Position numbers and translations under genes: made by a program. From contig OZ365111.1 of the NCBI GenBank assembly GCA_977030845.1, forward strand, positions 51,274,001-51,338,000: a stretch of 64,000 nt of DNA, in the 5' to 3' direction. The DNA comes from Fimbriosthenelais zetlandica (Eukaryota). Under the pieces are notes generated by a model. The model saw only the letters and a program-made list of their open reading frames with translations. It was not told where the DNA came from and searched no databases. Shown here in pieces: positions 35,379-47,400 of the stretch; the stretch's first letter is position 1, and each line of letters starts with the position of its first letter.

Positions 35379-35462
35379 GTCAGGATGGCCGAGCGGCCTA
35401 AGGCGCTGCGTTCAGGTCGCAGTCCACTTCTGTGGGCGTGGGTTCGAATCCCACTTCTGACA
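35379..35462 (+). tRNA. tRNA-Leu(CAG), array B no.9
   Basis: D-loop T>C only. Confidence 0.93.
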
Positions 35463-35898
35463 TATTTTTTTCACCCATTTGAGGATATGCCTTGTATTGT
35501 TTTCAATTAGTTTGTATTGCCTATTTTCTGACGGTCATTCTGAACGATTGGACACATATTACCAGGGCCAAGCTTATTAACCCTTTCGCGGCGAACAATG
35601 CCTCAATGCATTCCCGTGCAGAGGGCGAGCAATGCATTAATGCATCATGAGCTCTTTTTGATCAATTTAGAGTGGGGAATTTGCTAGATTTTGGTGAAAA
35701 TTTGGTTTCAATATTCCAATTAGAAGCCGAGATATGGACTTTCGAATTCGGTAATGTCCATTTGTTTTCAGAAATATTGATTTCCCTAAAGTACAATATT
35801 TATATAGGAAACGTTTAAAAATACAATTCCAATATTGCAGACCCGTAGCATGGCAATTTCCTTGTTGTTCAGTCATTGAAAATCCTGATGATCTAGGA

Positions 35899-35950
35899 AT
35901 AGAAGACTCGCCTGGCATCTGTGAAACTTTAGGGTTCGATTCCCAGTCGG
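35899..35950 (+). pseudogene. degenerate tRNA-derived remnant, spacer B
   Basis: TAGAAGACTCGCCTGGCATCTGTGAAACTTTAGGGTTCGATTCCCAGT. Confidence 0.4.
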
Positions 35951-36635
35951 ACAACTCGCATTTCACTGTGACCTTGGCCTCATTATTTTATTGTTTGGAC
36001 ATTATGAACATCAGTGTACCACATTTTAAATCTCCACTGCATAGTTTTGATTTTACCTATATATATTTTAGGTGATAAGTGACAAGCATGATGGCATGAC
36101 CTTTCCATCAATTACCCTGGCTACCATTAATTTGTTGTAAGATTTTCACGGACAGTGGAAATCACGATGCCTCTTAAATAACGATTTTTAAAACCAGTAT
36201 ATGCAGTGATTAATTAGTCTTTATATTGGGTGTTAGGCTAACATAGGGAGAAGTCTCTCACCTTAATGGACTTTAATTAGAGGAAACAACTATAAGAGAT
36301 GGTTTCGTTAAATATAAGCCATTTAGCTTTGTTCATTTGCTCGAGTAAGCGTCCTTTAAATAATTGCGCATCTTTATGTTGTGTTATTAATATATTTAAT
36401 CGGCATTTCACTTTTAAATAACTAATATTTTATACGAGATATAACGGCCCATTGAAAATCTGTTGCTTTGTCAAATCAAGATGGAGGCATTAAATTTGAT
36501 TGTATGCTTTCAGTTTATTAAATCCACCATAAGTCAACTAACAGATTCCTCTAACAGGCTAATAGGTGCTGTCATGAAGCGTAGTCCGTTAACAGTCTGT
36601 ATACACGAGGTCCATGTATAGTGGTCATCACAGGG

Positions 36636-39600
36636 TCAGCTGGTAAATGAAGGCATGTCAGTCAGGCCGACTGTATGGAGGGTCGCGATGTAAGCTTCAG
36701 CAATTCTCAGCTTCAGAATACCAACAGGTATGTTGGACACGGGTACAAAGTGTGCGCCAATACTGCAAGAGAAAGATTACATTAGTCGCTATACAAGACA
36801 AGAAATTCTAATGTCGCTTTTAGACCTTGGGATGCAAGACTAGGAACCCTCAGTATTAAAATTAAAATTCCATTTCAAATACAATTTGATTCTTACCCAC
36901 ATTCCAGAGCCTCGATGAAGGCAGGTGCCGACAGGATAGATTCAACAGGGGTGGCGTCCAATCCAGAGGCAGGTACTAAAAGCAAAATTACATTATGTAT
37001 ATAGTCCATCGTTCAGCTGTTTCAGTACCTTAAACTAACCAGAGATGGTTCTAGTTCAAGTATTCAGTATCTTACCGATTCCAATGGTTTTGCTGGTAAT
37101 GATGGCTTTAACCACATGGTCAAACACTGGTAGGATGTCTGAGGCTGTCACCATCTTGGTCGTGCTACCATACATTACATTAGCCAATCTGAAAATGTTA
37201 AAACATTATCAAGCCACGTCTTACATGCCATAATACTAGGTTCCCCAGATAACTCCAAGATATATTTATAAGATTTAAATATTCTTACACGTCTGCGTAT
37301 TTACTGCGGATGCTTGTGTAGATTGAATTCTTCAAGAACACTTGAGGTGCAATGTGTGCACCAATACCAGCAGCAATGGGGTTACTGATCAGTCCTAGCC
37401 CACCAATGGGAGAACCAAAACCTCCAATACCAGCAAGTGGGCTAGCATATGCGCCGTAGGGCATGCCGTAAGGTCCAGCAGCCATGGGAATGCCAGCGGT
37501 AATGGGACTACCAAAAGCTCCAACTCCAACAGCAATGGGGTTACCAAAAGCACCAACTCCAGCAGCAATGGGGTTACCAAAAGCACCAACTCCAGCAGCA
37601 ATGGGACTACCGAAAGCGTCTATTCCCATACCAACAGTTAGGGGATTGAGAGAAGCAGCCGCGAGGGGGTTACCGACAGCACCAAATCCTGCAGCAATGG
37701 AGTTGCCAATAGTACCAACTGCAGCAGCTAGGGGATTGCCAAATGCGTCAATTCCAGCAGCAGGAATGCCAGCAACGAGGGGCGTTCCAAAAGCACCAAA
37801 ACCAGCAGCGATGGGGTTACCAATAGCGTTCATTCCAATACCAGCAGCCAGGGGATTGCCAAGTGCAGCCGCAACGGGGAGGCCAAAGGCAGCACCAATT
37901 CCAGAAGCAATAGGGATTCCAGCAGCAATGGGATTGCCATAAGGTCCCATTGCTCCAATAGCTCCACAAGCACCGGTGGCTACACAAGGCATTGTCATGT
38001 GCATTACTGAAAAGATTATCATCATTTTTAAATAAAGTTTTAACATTAGGAAATTCAGACTCAATGTTATTAACTTTTAAATTCTCACCCAGTTGACTGG
38101 CGAACCATGCTCGTACTGCGGCCATGTTTTCCATCTTGGCGATCGGTGAGAGGGCAACACGAAGCTCATTAGCCAGCACTGCAAACGGTGTGGTCAGTAG
38201 TCCTTCAATGGGAGCAATGGCGGCCATGTTGGATGCACCAATGATCTTACCAAGCCAAGACTTCAGCACAGATGGTCCAAAGGCTGCCTCGATCCTTGCA
38301 GGTAGCTCTACTAGTATCGCTTTCTCCCACGCTTTGTAAGCCATTGGTTCAGCTCCACAGATCGCTACTTCCTTCTTGATCACCGTCATGATCTTAGCTT
38401 TCATTACGGGCAAGATGGACGCCATTGTCGCCGTTCTCCAGTCAGCTGGGATAATCTCCTTGATGGCCTTCACTACAGTCACATCTGTAATAAATCAAGT
38501 TTCAGACCCGACTAATATATTTTCAGCTTACCATATAAATATGTGCTTAGGCCCAATTTGACAAAACTAAAGCCAAGCCATTTGTGTTGTATTGAAACAC
38601 AAGCTACCAGCCTATGACAACTTACCAGTCACGGACGCTATGTGGGCAGCAATGGCCGCCTGTTCACGTTCAAACAGTGAAGTAACTCCTGTCACAATCT
38701 CAGCCTCAGTGACAGTCTTGGTCTTGACAGCGCTGGTCATGGCGTATTGAAGTACACTGGCGACAGAGGCCTCAGCCTTGATGAAGTGGGCATTGACGGC
38801 ACCAGGCAGCAAAGCTACAAGCACAAAAATCAAATTCCAAATGCATGTAGCAATGCAGTCATTACGGTTCTAGCCACAGAATATGGCCCATTCCATTCGA
38901 GGTGAAATCTATTGCATACCTGCAGCGAATTTGGCGGCCACACCCTTGATGCAAACTGCTGGGACCGCTGCTTCTATTTCCTTAACCAGGGGCACGATCA
39001 TTTGGGCGATTACTGCAGGGTGGATGCGAGCTAGTGGTTCAAATCCAGTCAAAGCATGGCCTGCCAGGATAGCTGCAACTGCTGGGTCTGCAATTGACAT
39101 CAATACCAACAATTATGCCATATATTCGGCCATTTTATATACACTAAAGCTTCTATAAGACAAATCGAACTAGTCTTACCATAGATTGGTGCTACACCTG
39201 CACCGGAAGCTCCCATCAGTCCCCACGCATGCGCCATAGCCATGATGGGTTTGATACTGACGATGTCCGCTGCAATGTCCATCTTCAAAGCCTCGACCAC
39301 TCCACCACAAGCTCCAACCACTGGGGCGATCATAGCTACAACCTGTAGGATAAACATTGCCTCAATTACTCTACCATTCAATAGCCACCATCAGTCCCTT
39401 CTGTGTTAAGTTGAACAAGTTCATTAAATTCATTTCAGTTACCTTGGCCTTTTCAGCAACAGGCATTACGGATGCCAGGTCCCGTGCGATCATGTTTGGT
39501 ATTCCAACAGCGAACCTTTTAAGAAACAAGGCGAGTACAACTGAAGGGATATCAGGCTAATCAACTTAATAGATTCCGACTATCTATAATCAAACTCTGG

Positions 39601-42350
39601 CAAGTCCCCACTTTTGAATCTAAACTAAATATTTTTATACCAACCCGTTCTCAATCTTGACAATGGTAGCATGAACAGCAGACGTCAGTGCTTTAGCATC
39701 CATGGCACAGATGCTGCCAGAGTCCACCTTGGTGACGATATGGTTGAAGGCATCCACGATAGCGGGACCAGTCAGGGCTCCCTCACGTTCTAACGTGGCC
39801 AGAGATCGCACCACCATCCAAGATACCTTCTTTACGATGGCCAGGGCTGCAAACAAAACAAATTAAAACGGATTTCAACGTAAGGTATAATAAAATCTAG
39901 CTCTTCATATTCAAGACAAGCCCACGACATTTTGTTACCTTCGACAGCGTTTTCTGCAACAAGTTCCTGTTGGATCAAATCTTGGAAGAAGGCAGGTTCA
40001 GCAAGCGCTGCTAGGTCTACACTTGGGAGCGCCATTTTGATGGCCTTCGTATGAACAATGGTGATAGTCTTCAGTAGGGCTGAAAGATCAAACAACTCTG
40101 ATAATAAATCTACATACAAATGTGCCGAACTAACATTAAGTTAGATTAACAATGCCTGCAAATCAATTTTGATGGCACCAATGTTCAATCTTACCAGCAT
40201 TGTAAACAGCCTTCATCTGAGCCGAGCAGGCGTGGGTGGCAGGCGGGAAGCTGACGACTGAAGCACCAAAGCCAGGTACAGGCAATCCAGGGGCAATACC
40301 AGCCAAACCAGCAGCAGAGATACCAGGGGCAATACCAGCCAAACCAGCAGCAGAGATACCAGGGGCAGCGATACCAGGGGCAATACCAGCCATACCACCA
40401 AGACCAGGGGCAATTCCAGGAGTAGCGATACCAGCAAGACCAGCAGCAGAGATACCAGGGGCTATTCCAGCCAGACCAGGGGCAGCGATACCAGGGACAA
40501 TTCCAGCCAGACCAGGGGCAGCGATACCAGGGACAATTCCAGCAAGACCAGGGGCAGCGATACCAGGGACAATTCCACCAAGACCAGCAGCAAGTGGGGC
40601 AGCAATACCAGATGCAACACCAGGGGCGATTCCAGCAATTCCAGCTTCAGGCATAGAGGCTCCCATGCCAGCAAAACCGGGGGCAATTCCAGCTAGAGGG
40701 GTAGCAATACCAGGAGCGATGCCAGCAATGGCCGGGGCAGCAATACCAGCGGCAATTCCAGCAAGACCAGCAGTAGCGGCAATTCCAGCTTCAGGCATAG
40801 AGGCTGCCATACCAGCAATACCGGGTGCAATTCCAGCTAGTGGAGAAGCAATACCAGGAGCGATGCCAGCAGCAATACCAGGAGCGATACCAGCAATCGC
40901 CGGGGCAGCAATACCAGACATACCAGCTCCATATACTGCAGCAGTATCAGCCCGGACAACATGCACTGCAAGAAAATTACCATCTCACTTGTAAAGTAAA
41001 GACAAAACTATAAAGTCCAACCATTTGATTAATCTCGTTCCGAGCTCATCTTCTATCCAGGCAACTAAGACTTACCGATGTGATGGATGAAGGCAGCGAT
41101 GGGCAGACCACGCGGCAGAGCGAGAGCGATATGATCAGCGTTGGAGACGATGGCATGAATGATGAAATGAATGGTCTTAACGATGTCCTGGGTTACGACA
41201 GGGGCAAGGCTAGCGTCCGTTACGATTGTCTCTACAGCTGATGTAATTTTAGCTACGGCTGGAGCGCCAACAATCCTTCCATGTTCCCTGAAACATTCGT
41301 TACAAAATACTCTGGATTTTTTGCTTTTATCTCAAGCTAACCCTAGGAGCTAGGCACAGAAGGACTGGACCAGAATTTGATGGCCGTAGATTGGCTTTTG
41401 AATCCGACATAAGCCATTAGAGATTTACCAAATTCAGCTACTCACATGGCTACAACAGCGTCCATTTTCTCCACGAAGTCCCACAGTTCTTCCTCAGAGA
41501 TCATCTCGCTACAGGGAGCGGACGCCACGGCGGCCATGACAGTTTTGAAGTGGGCGATGACGTCATTTCCCATGACGAGTCCTGGTCTAGTTACAGCCAT
41601 CTTCACAAAGTCATCAAGTCCTGCACCAATACCGGAAATGCCTGAAAAAAAAAAAAATCATAAAATGCAGTATTGTAATCCTTTGGAGGTTTCCAACAAA
41701 TCTCCATAAGATCAGAGCCACGATTTACCTTTGATCATAGCGGGGTACTCAGCCAGGGTACTGACGGGCGTGAAGTAACCACCCACAATGTCATTGATGA
41801 CATCACCAACAATGGCTTCAGTTTGAGACGGTATGAAAGCCAGAGACCTGAGAGCCATACCACGGATCACAGCCGAGCTCACCACCGAGTTAGGCTTCAT
41901 TAATCCTGAAATAATTACAAACTGATTAGTACAAGTAAAATAAGCAAGATAAAGGCCATTTACAGTTTCAAAACAGATCCAGTAGAAGAGTTATTTAAAA
42001 GCTATGCACTGTAGAGGAATACAGAAATTCTCACCAAAAGCAATCGTGAATTTGGCGCGTTGAGGGCAGGTCATTCCGGCGGCGGTCGTCCTCCATACAT
42101 CCTGTAGAGTAGCGGCTATCTGGCCGACCTCAGCCTCGGTCATGTCCACTACAGCCTTAGTGGACATCTCCCGCACGCCAAACACGGCGCGACTTTCTGT
42201 AAGTCAAGACAAGTCAGTTAAAGTGGACTGTCAATTTTCTGTGGCGAATTTGAACAAATTTAATGGAATTAAATTGGAAATAAAATATGAAAACTTACCG
42301 ACGCCATAGGCGACGAGTAAGGCGAGGCAGAGAGGTAGACAGCGCCACAT
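36636..42350 (-). CDS. same family, copy 3 (~1,310 aa)
   Basis: Same exon series; exon 6 = 771 nt, exon 14 = 718 nt; no frame disruption seen. Confidence 0.85.
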
Positions 42351-42428
42351 GTTGAGATGTAGAAGTCGTGGATGTATGTAGAATGGTTGCTCTGAACGAG
42401 CAGTGACCAGAGCTGGTCATCTCACGCC

Positions 42429-42435
42429 TTTTATA
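42429..42435 (-). promoter_or_regulatory. TATA box of copy 3
   Basis: Identical motif and offset. Confidence 0.75.
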
Positions 42436-42845
42436 CTCCCACAGGTCCACACAGAATCCCAAACCACGGACCAGGATCAAAGGTCACATATAGGGGGGTA
42501 GGTAGGTGACAATTAGGTGGACAATACACTGGACTGAAGCCCTCAACATGTGGCCATCTCAACACATTTATTATCTTAAATTGATGAAAAGATTGGAGTG
42601 TTTATTGGTTTTAATTTGCGCGATTTTGTCATGAATGGAGAATTTAGCAAAGGGCGGCCTCCCACTGAGTATGGAAGGGTCCATTGTCAAAAGGCTGGTC
42701 ACTCTTGACATAGTCTTGGAGTCAATCTCGACCTGCCAAGCTTGAAACCCGTTCTACAAGTTCCCGGCTATATTGCTAGATATATTGCTGGAATATTGTT
42801 AGATTGCCTGTTACTCGAGGGTTGCCTGTTGATGATAGGCCAGCA

Positions 42846-42929
42846 GTCAGGATGGCCGAGCGGTCTAAGGCGCTGCGTTCAGGTCGCAGTCCACTTCTGT
42901 GGGCGTGGGTTCGAATCCCACTTCTGACA
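42846..42929 (+). tRNA. tRNA-Leu(CAG), array C no.1
   Basis: Identical 84-mer. Confidence 0.97.
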
Positions 42930-43016
42930 AGTCTTTTTCCACCCATTTGAGGATATGCCTTGTCTTATTTTCAATTAGTTTGTACTCGAGGGTTGCCTGT
43001 TGATGATAGGCCAGCA

Positions 43017-43100
43017 GTCAGGATGGCCGAGCGGTCTAAGGCGCTGCGTTCAGGTCGCAGTCCACTTCTGTGGGCGTGGGTTCGAATCCCACTTCTGACA
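43017..43100 (+). tRNA. tRNA-Leu(CAG), array C no.2
   Basis: Identical 84-mer. Confidence 0.97.
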
Positions 43101-43187
43101 TATCTTTTTACACCCATTTGAAAGTATGCCTTGTATTGTTTTCAATTAGTTTGTACTCGAGGGTTGGCTGTTGCTCTTTTCTCAACA

Positions 43188-43271
43188 GTCAGGATGGCCG
43201 AGCGGTCTAAGGCGCTGCGTTCAGGTCGCAGTCCACTTCTGTGGGCGTGGGTTCGAATCCCACTTCTGACA
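43188..43271 (+). tRNA. tRNA-Leu(CAG), array C no.3
   Basis: Identical 84-mer. Confidence 0.97.
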
Positions 43272-43706
43272 TATTTTTCCTCCCATTTGAGGGTATGCCT
43301 TGTATTGTTTTCAATTCGTACGTACTGCCTATTTTCTGACGGTCATTCTGAACCATTGGACACCTATTACCAGGGCCAAGCTTATTAACCCTTTCGCGGC
43401 GAACAATGCCTCAATGCATTCCCGTGCAGAGGGCGAGCAATGCATTAATACATTATGAGCCCTTTTTGATCAATTTAGAGTGGGGAATTTGCTAGATTTT
43501 GGTGAAAATTTGGTTTCAATATTCCAATTAGAAGCCGAGATATGGACTTTCGAATTCGGTAATGTCCATTTGTTTTCCGAAATATTGATTTCCCTAAAGT
43601 ACAATATTTATATAGGAAACGTTTAAAAATACAATTCCAATATTGCAGACCAGTAGCATGGCAATTTCCTTGTTGTTCAGGCATTGAAAATCCTGATGAT
43701 CTAGGA

Positions 43707-43760
43707 ATAGAAGACTCGCCTGGCATCTGTGAAACTTTAGGGTTCGATTCCCAGTCTGAC
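43707..43760 (+). pseudogene. degenerate tRNA-derived remnant, spacer C
   Basis: Same sequence as in spacer B. Confidence 0.4.
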
Positions 43761-44473
43761 AACTCGCATTTCACTGACCTTGGCCTCATTATTTTATTGT
43801 TTGAACATTATGAACATCAGTGTACCACATTTTAAAACGTCACTGCATAGTAATGATTTTCCATATCTTTCCAGTGATAACTTTAAAAGTGACAGGATTG
43901 CATTACCTTTCCATCAATTACCCTGGCCAACATTAATTTTATCTATAATTTTCACTAACCGTTATTTAAGAGGCAGCGCGATTCCCACTTTTTTAAAAAC
44001 AATGTCCCAGTATATGCGGCGGCGCCTTATACAATTAGAGAAGAAAAGGAAATAACTCTTTATATTGGGAGTTAGGCTATACGGAAAGGTCCATTGTCGG
44101 ATTCACTAATGGACTTTGGCTTACTATCCTATCTTATAGTTTTTTTACTACCAAATATAAGCCAATTAGCTTTGCAATTTGCTCGAGTAAGCGTCCTTTA
44201 AATAATCGCCTATCTAGATGTTAAACGAATATATTTAGTCGGCTGCCATTTCACTTTTAAATAACTAATACGAGATACAACTGCCAATTTAAAATCTGTA
44301 TCCCTTTGTCAAATCAAGATGGAGGCATTAAATTTGATTGTACGCTTTCAGTTTATTAAATCCACCATAAGTCAACTAACAGATTCCTCTAACAGGCTAA
44401 TAGGTGCTGTCATGAAGCGTAGTCCGTTAACAGTCTGTATACACGAGGTCCATGTATAGTGGTCATCACAGGG

Positions 44474-47400
44474 TCAGCTGGTAAATGAAGGCATGTCAGT
44501 CAGGCCGACTGTATGGAGGGTCGCGATGTAAGCTTCAGCAATTCTCAGCTTCAGAATCCCAACAGGTATGTTGGACACGGGTACAAAGTGTGCGCCAATA
44601 CTGCAAGAGACAGATAACAGTCGCTATACCAGAAACATATTGTCATGCAACATTTAGACCATGGGATGCAAGCCAAGACACCCTCATGGTTAATTTCAAA
44701 TACTTCATTTCGATCCTTACCCAGATTCCAGAGCCTCGATGAAGGCAGGTGCTGCCAGGATAGATTCAACAGGGGTGGCTTCCAATCCTGCGACAGGTAC
44801 TAAAAGCCAAATTACATTATGTATATAGTCCATCATTCAGCTGTTTTAGTAAGTTAGACTAACCAGAGACGGTTCTAGTTCAAGTATTCAGTCTCTTACC
44901 GATTCCAACGGCTTTGCTGGTGATGATGGCTTTAACCACGTGGTCAAACACGGGTAGGATGTCTGAGGCCGCCACCATCTTGGTCGTGCTACCATACATT
45001 ACATTAGCCAGTCTGAAAAGGCAAAACAATATCAAGCCACGTCTTACATGCCATAATACAAGGTACCCCAGATATATCCCAGATATATTTATAAGGTTCT
45101 TACATGTCTGCGTATTTACTGCGGATGCTTGTGTAGATTGAATTCTTCAAGAAGACTTCAGGTGCAATGTGTGCACCAATACCAGCAGCAATGGGGTTAC
45201 TGATCAGTCCAAGGCCACCAATGGGAGAACCAAAACCTCCAATACCAGCAAGTGGGCTAGCATATGCGCCGTAGGGCATGCCATATGGTCCAGCAGCCAT
45301 GGGAATGCCAGCGGTAATGGGACTACCAAAAGCACCCACTCCAGCAGCAATGGGGTTACCAAAAGCACCCACTCCAGCAGCAATGGGGTTACCAAAAGCA
45401 CCCACTCCAGCAGCAATGGGGTTACCAAAAGCACCCACTCCAGCAGCAATGGGGTTACCAAAAGCACCCACTCCAGCAGCAATGGGGTTACCAAAAGCAC
45501 CCACTCCAGCAGCAATGGGGTTACCAAAAGCACCCACTCCAGCAGCAATGGGGTTACCAAAAGCACCCACTCCAGCAGCAATGGGGTTACCAAAAGCACC
45601 CACTCCAGCAGCAATGGGGTTACCAAAAGCACCCACTCCAGCAGCAATGGGGTTACCAAAAGCACCCACTCCAGCAGCAATGGGGTTACCAATAGTACCA
45701 ATTGCAGCAGCTAGGGGATTGCCAAATGTGTCAATTCCAGCAGCAGGAATGCCAGCAACGAGGGGCGTTCCAAAAGCACCAAAACCAGCAGCGATGGGGT
45801 TACCAATAGCGTTGATTCCAATACCAGCGGCCAGGGGATGGCCAAGAGCAGCCGCAACGGGGAGGCCAAAAGCAGCACCAATTCCAGAAGCAATAGGGAT
45901 TCCAGCAGCAATGGGATTGCCATAAGGTCCCATTGCTCCAATAGCTCCAATAGCTCCACAAGCACCGGTGGCTACGCAAGGCATTGTCATGTGCATTACT
46001 GAAAAGATTATAATCATTTTAAAATAAAGTTTAAACATTAGGACATTCAGACTAAATTTTTTAAATTTCAAAAAATCTCACCCAGTTGGCTGGCGAACCA
46101 TGCTCGTACTGCGGCCATGTTTTCCATCTTGGCGATCGGTGAGAGGGCAACACGAAGCTCATTAGCCAGCACTGCAAACGGTGTGGTCAGTAGTCCTTCA
46201 ATGGGAGCAAAGGCGGCCATGTTGGCTGCACCAATGATCTTACCAAGCCAAGACTTCAGCACAGATGGTCCAAAGGCTGCCTCGATCCTTGCAGGTAGCT
46301 CTACTAGTATCGCTTTCTCCCACGCTTTGTAAGCCATTGGTTCAGCTCCACAGATGGCTACTTCCTTCTTGATCACCGTCATGATCTTAGCTTTCATTAC
46401 GGGCAAGATGGACGCCATTGTCGCTGTTCTCCAGTCAGCTGGGATAATCTCCTTGATGGCCTTCACTACAGTCACATCTGTAATAAATCAAGTTTCAGAC
46501 CCGACTAATATATTTTCAGCTTACCATATAAATATGTGCTTAGGCCCAATTTGACAAAACTAAAGCCAAGCCATTTGTGTTGTATTGAAACACAAGCTAC
46601 CAGCCTATGACAACTTACCAGTCACGGACGCTATGTGGGCAGCAATGGCCGCCTGTTCACGTTCAAACAGTGAAGTAACTGCTGTCACAATCTCAGCCTC
46701 AGTGACAGTCTTGGTCTTGACAGCGCTGGTCATGGCGTATTGAAGTACACTGGCGACAGAGGCCTCAGCCTTGATGAAGTGGGCATTGACGGCACCAGGC
46801 AGCAAAGCTACAAGCACAAAAATCAAATTCCAAATGCATGTAGCAATGCAGTCATTACGGTTCTAGCCACAGAATATGGCCCATTCCATTCGAGGTGAAA
46901 TCTATTGCATACCTGCAGCGAATTTGGCTGCCACACCCTTGATGCAAACTGCTGGGACCCCTGCTTCTATTTCCTTAACCAGGGGCACGATCATTTGGGC
47001 GATTACTGCAGGGTGGATGCGAGCTAGTGGTTCAAATCCAGTCAAAGCATGGCCTGCCAAGATGGCTGCAACTGCTGGGTCTGCAATTGACATCAATACC
47101 AACAATTATGCCATATATTCGGCCCTTTTATATACACTAAAGCTTCTATAAGACAAATCGAACTTGTCTTACCATAGATTGGTGCTACACCTGCACCGGA
47201 AGCTCCCATCAGTCCCCACGCATGCGCCATAGCCATGATGGGTTTGATACTGAGGATGTCCTCTGCAATGTCCATCTTCAAAGCCTCGACCACTCCACCA
47301 CAAGCTCCAACCACTGGGGCGATCATAGCTACAACCTGTAGGATAAACATTGCCTCAATTACTCTACCATTCAATAGCCACCATCAGTCCCTTCTGTGTT

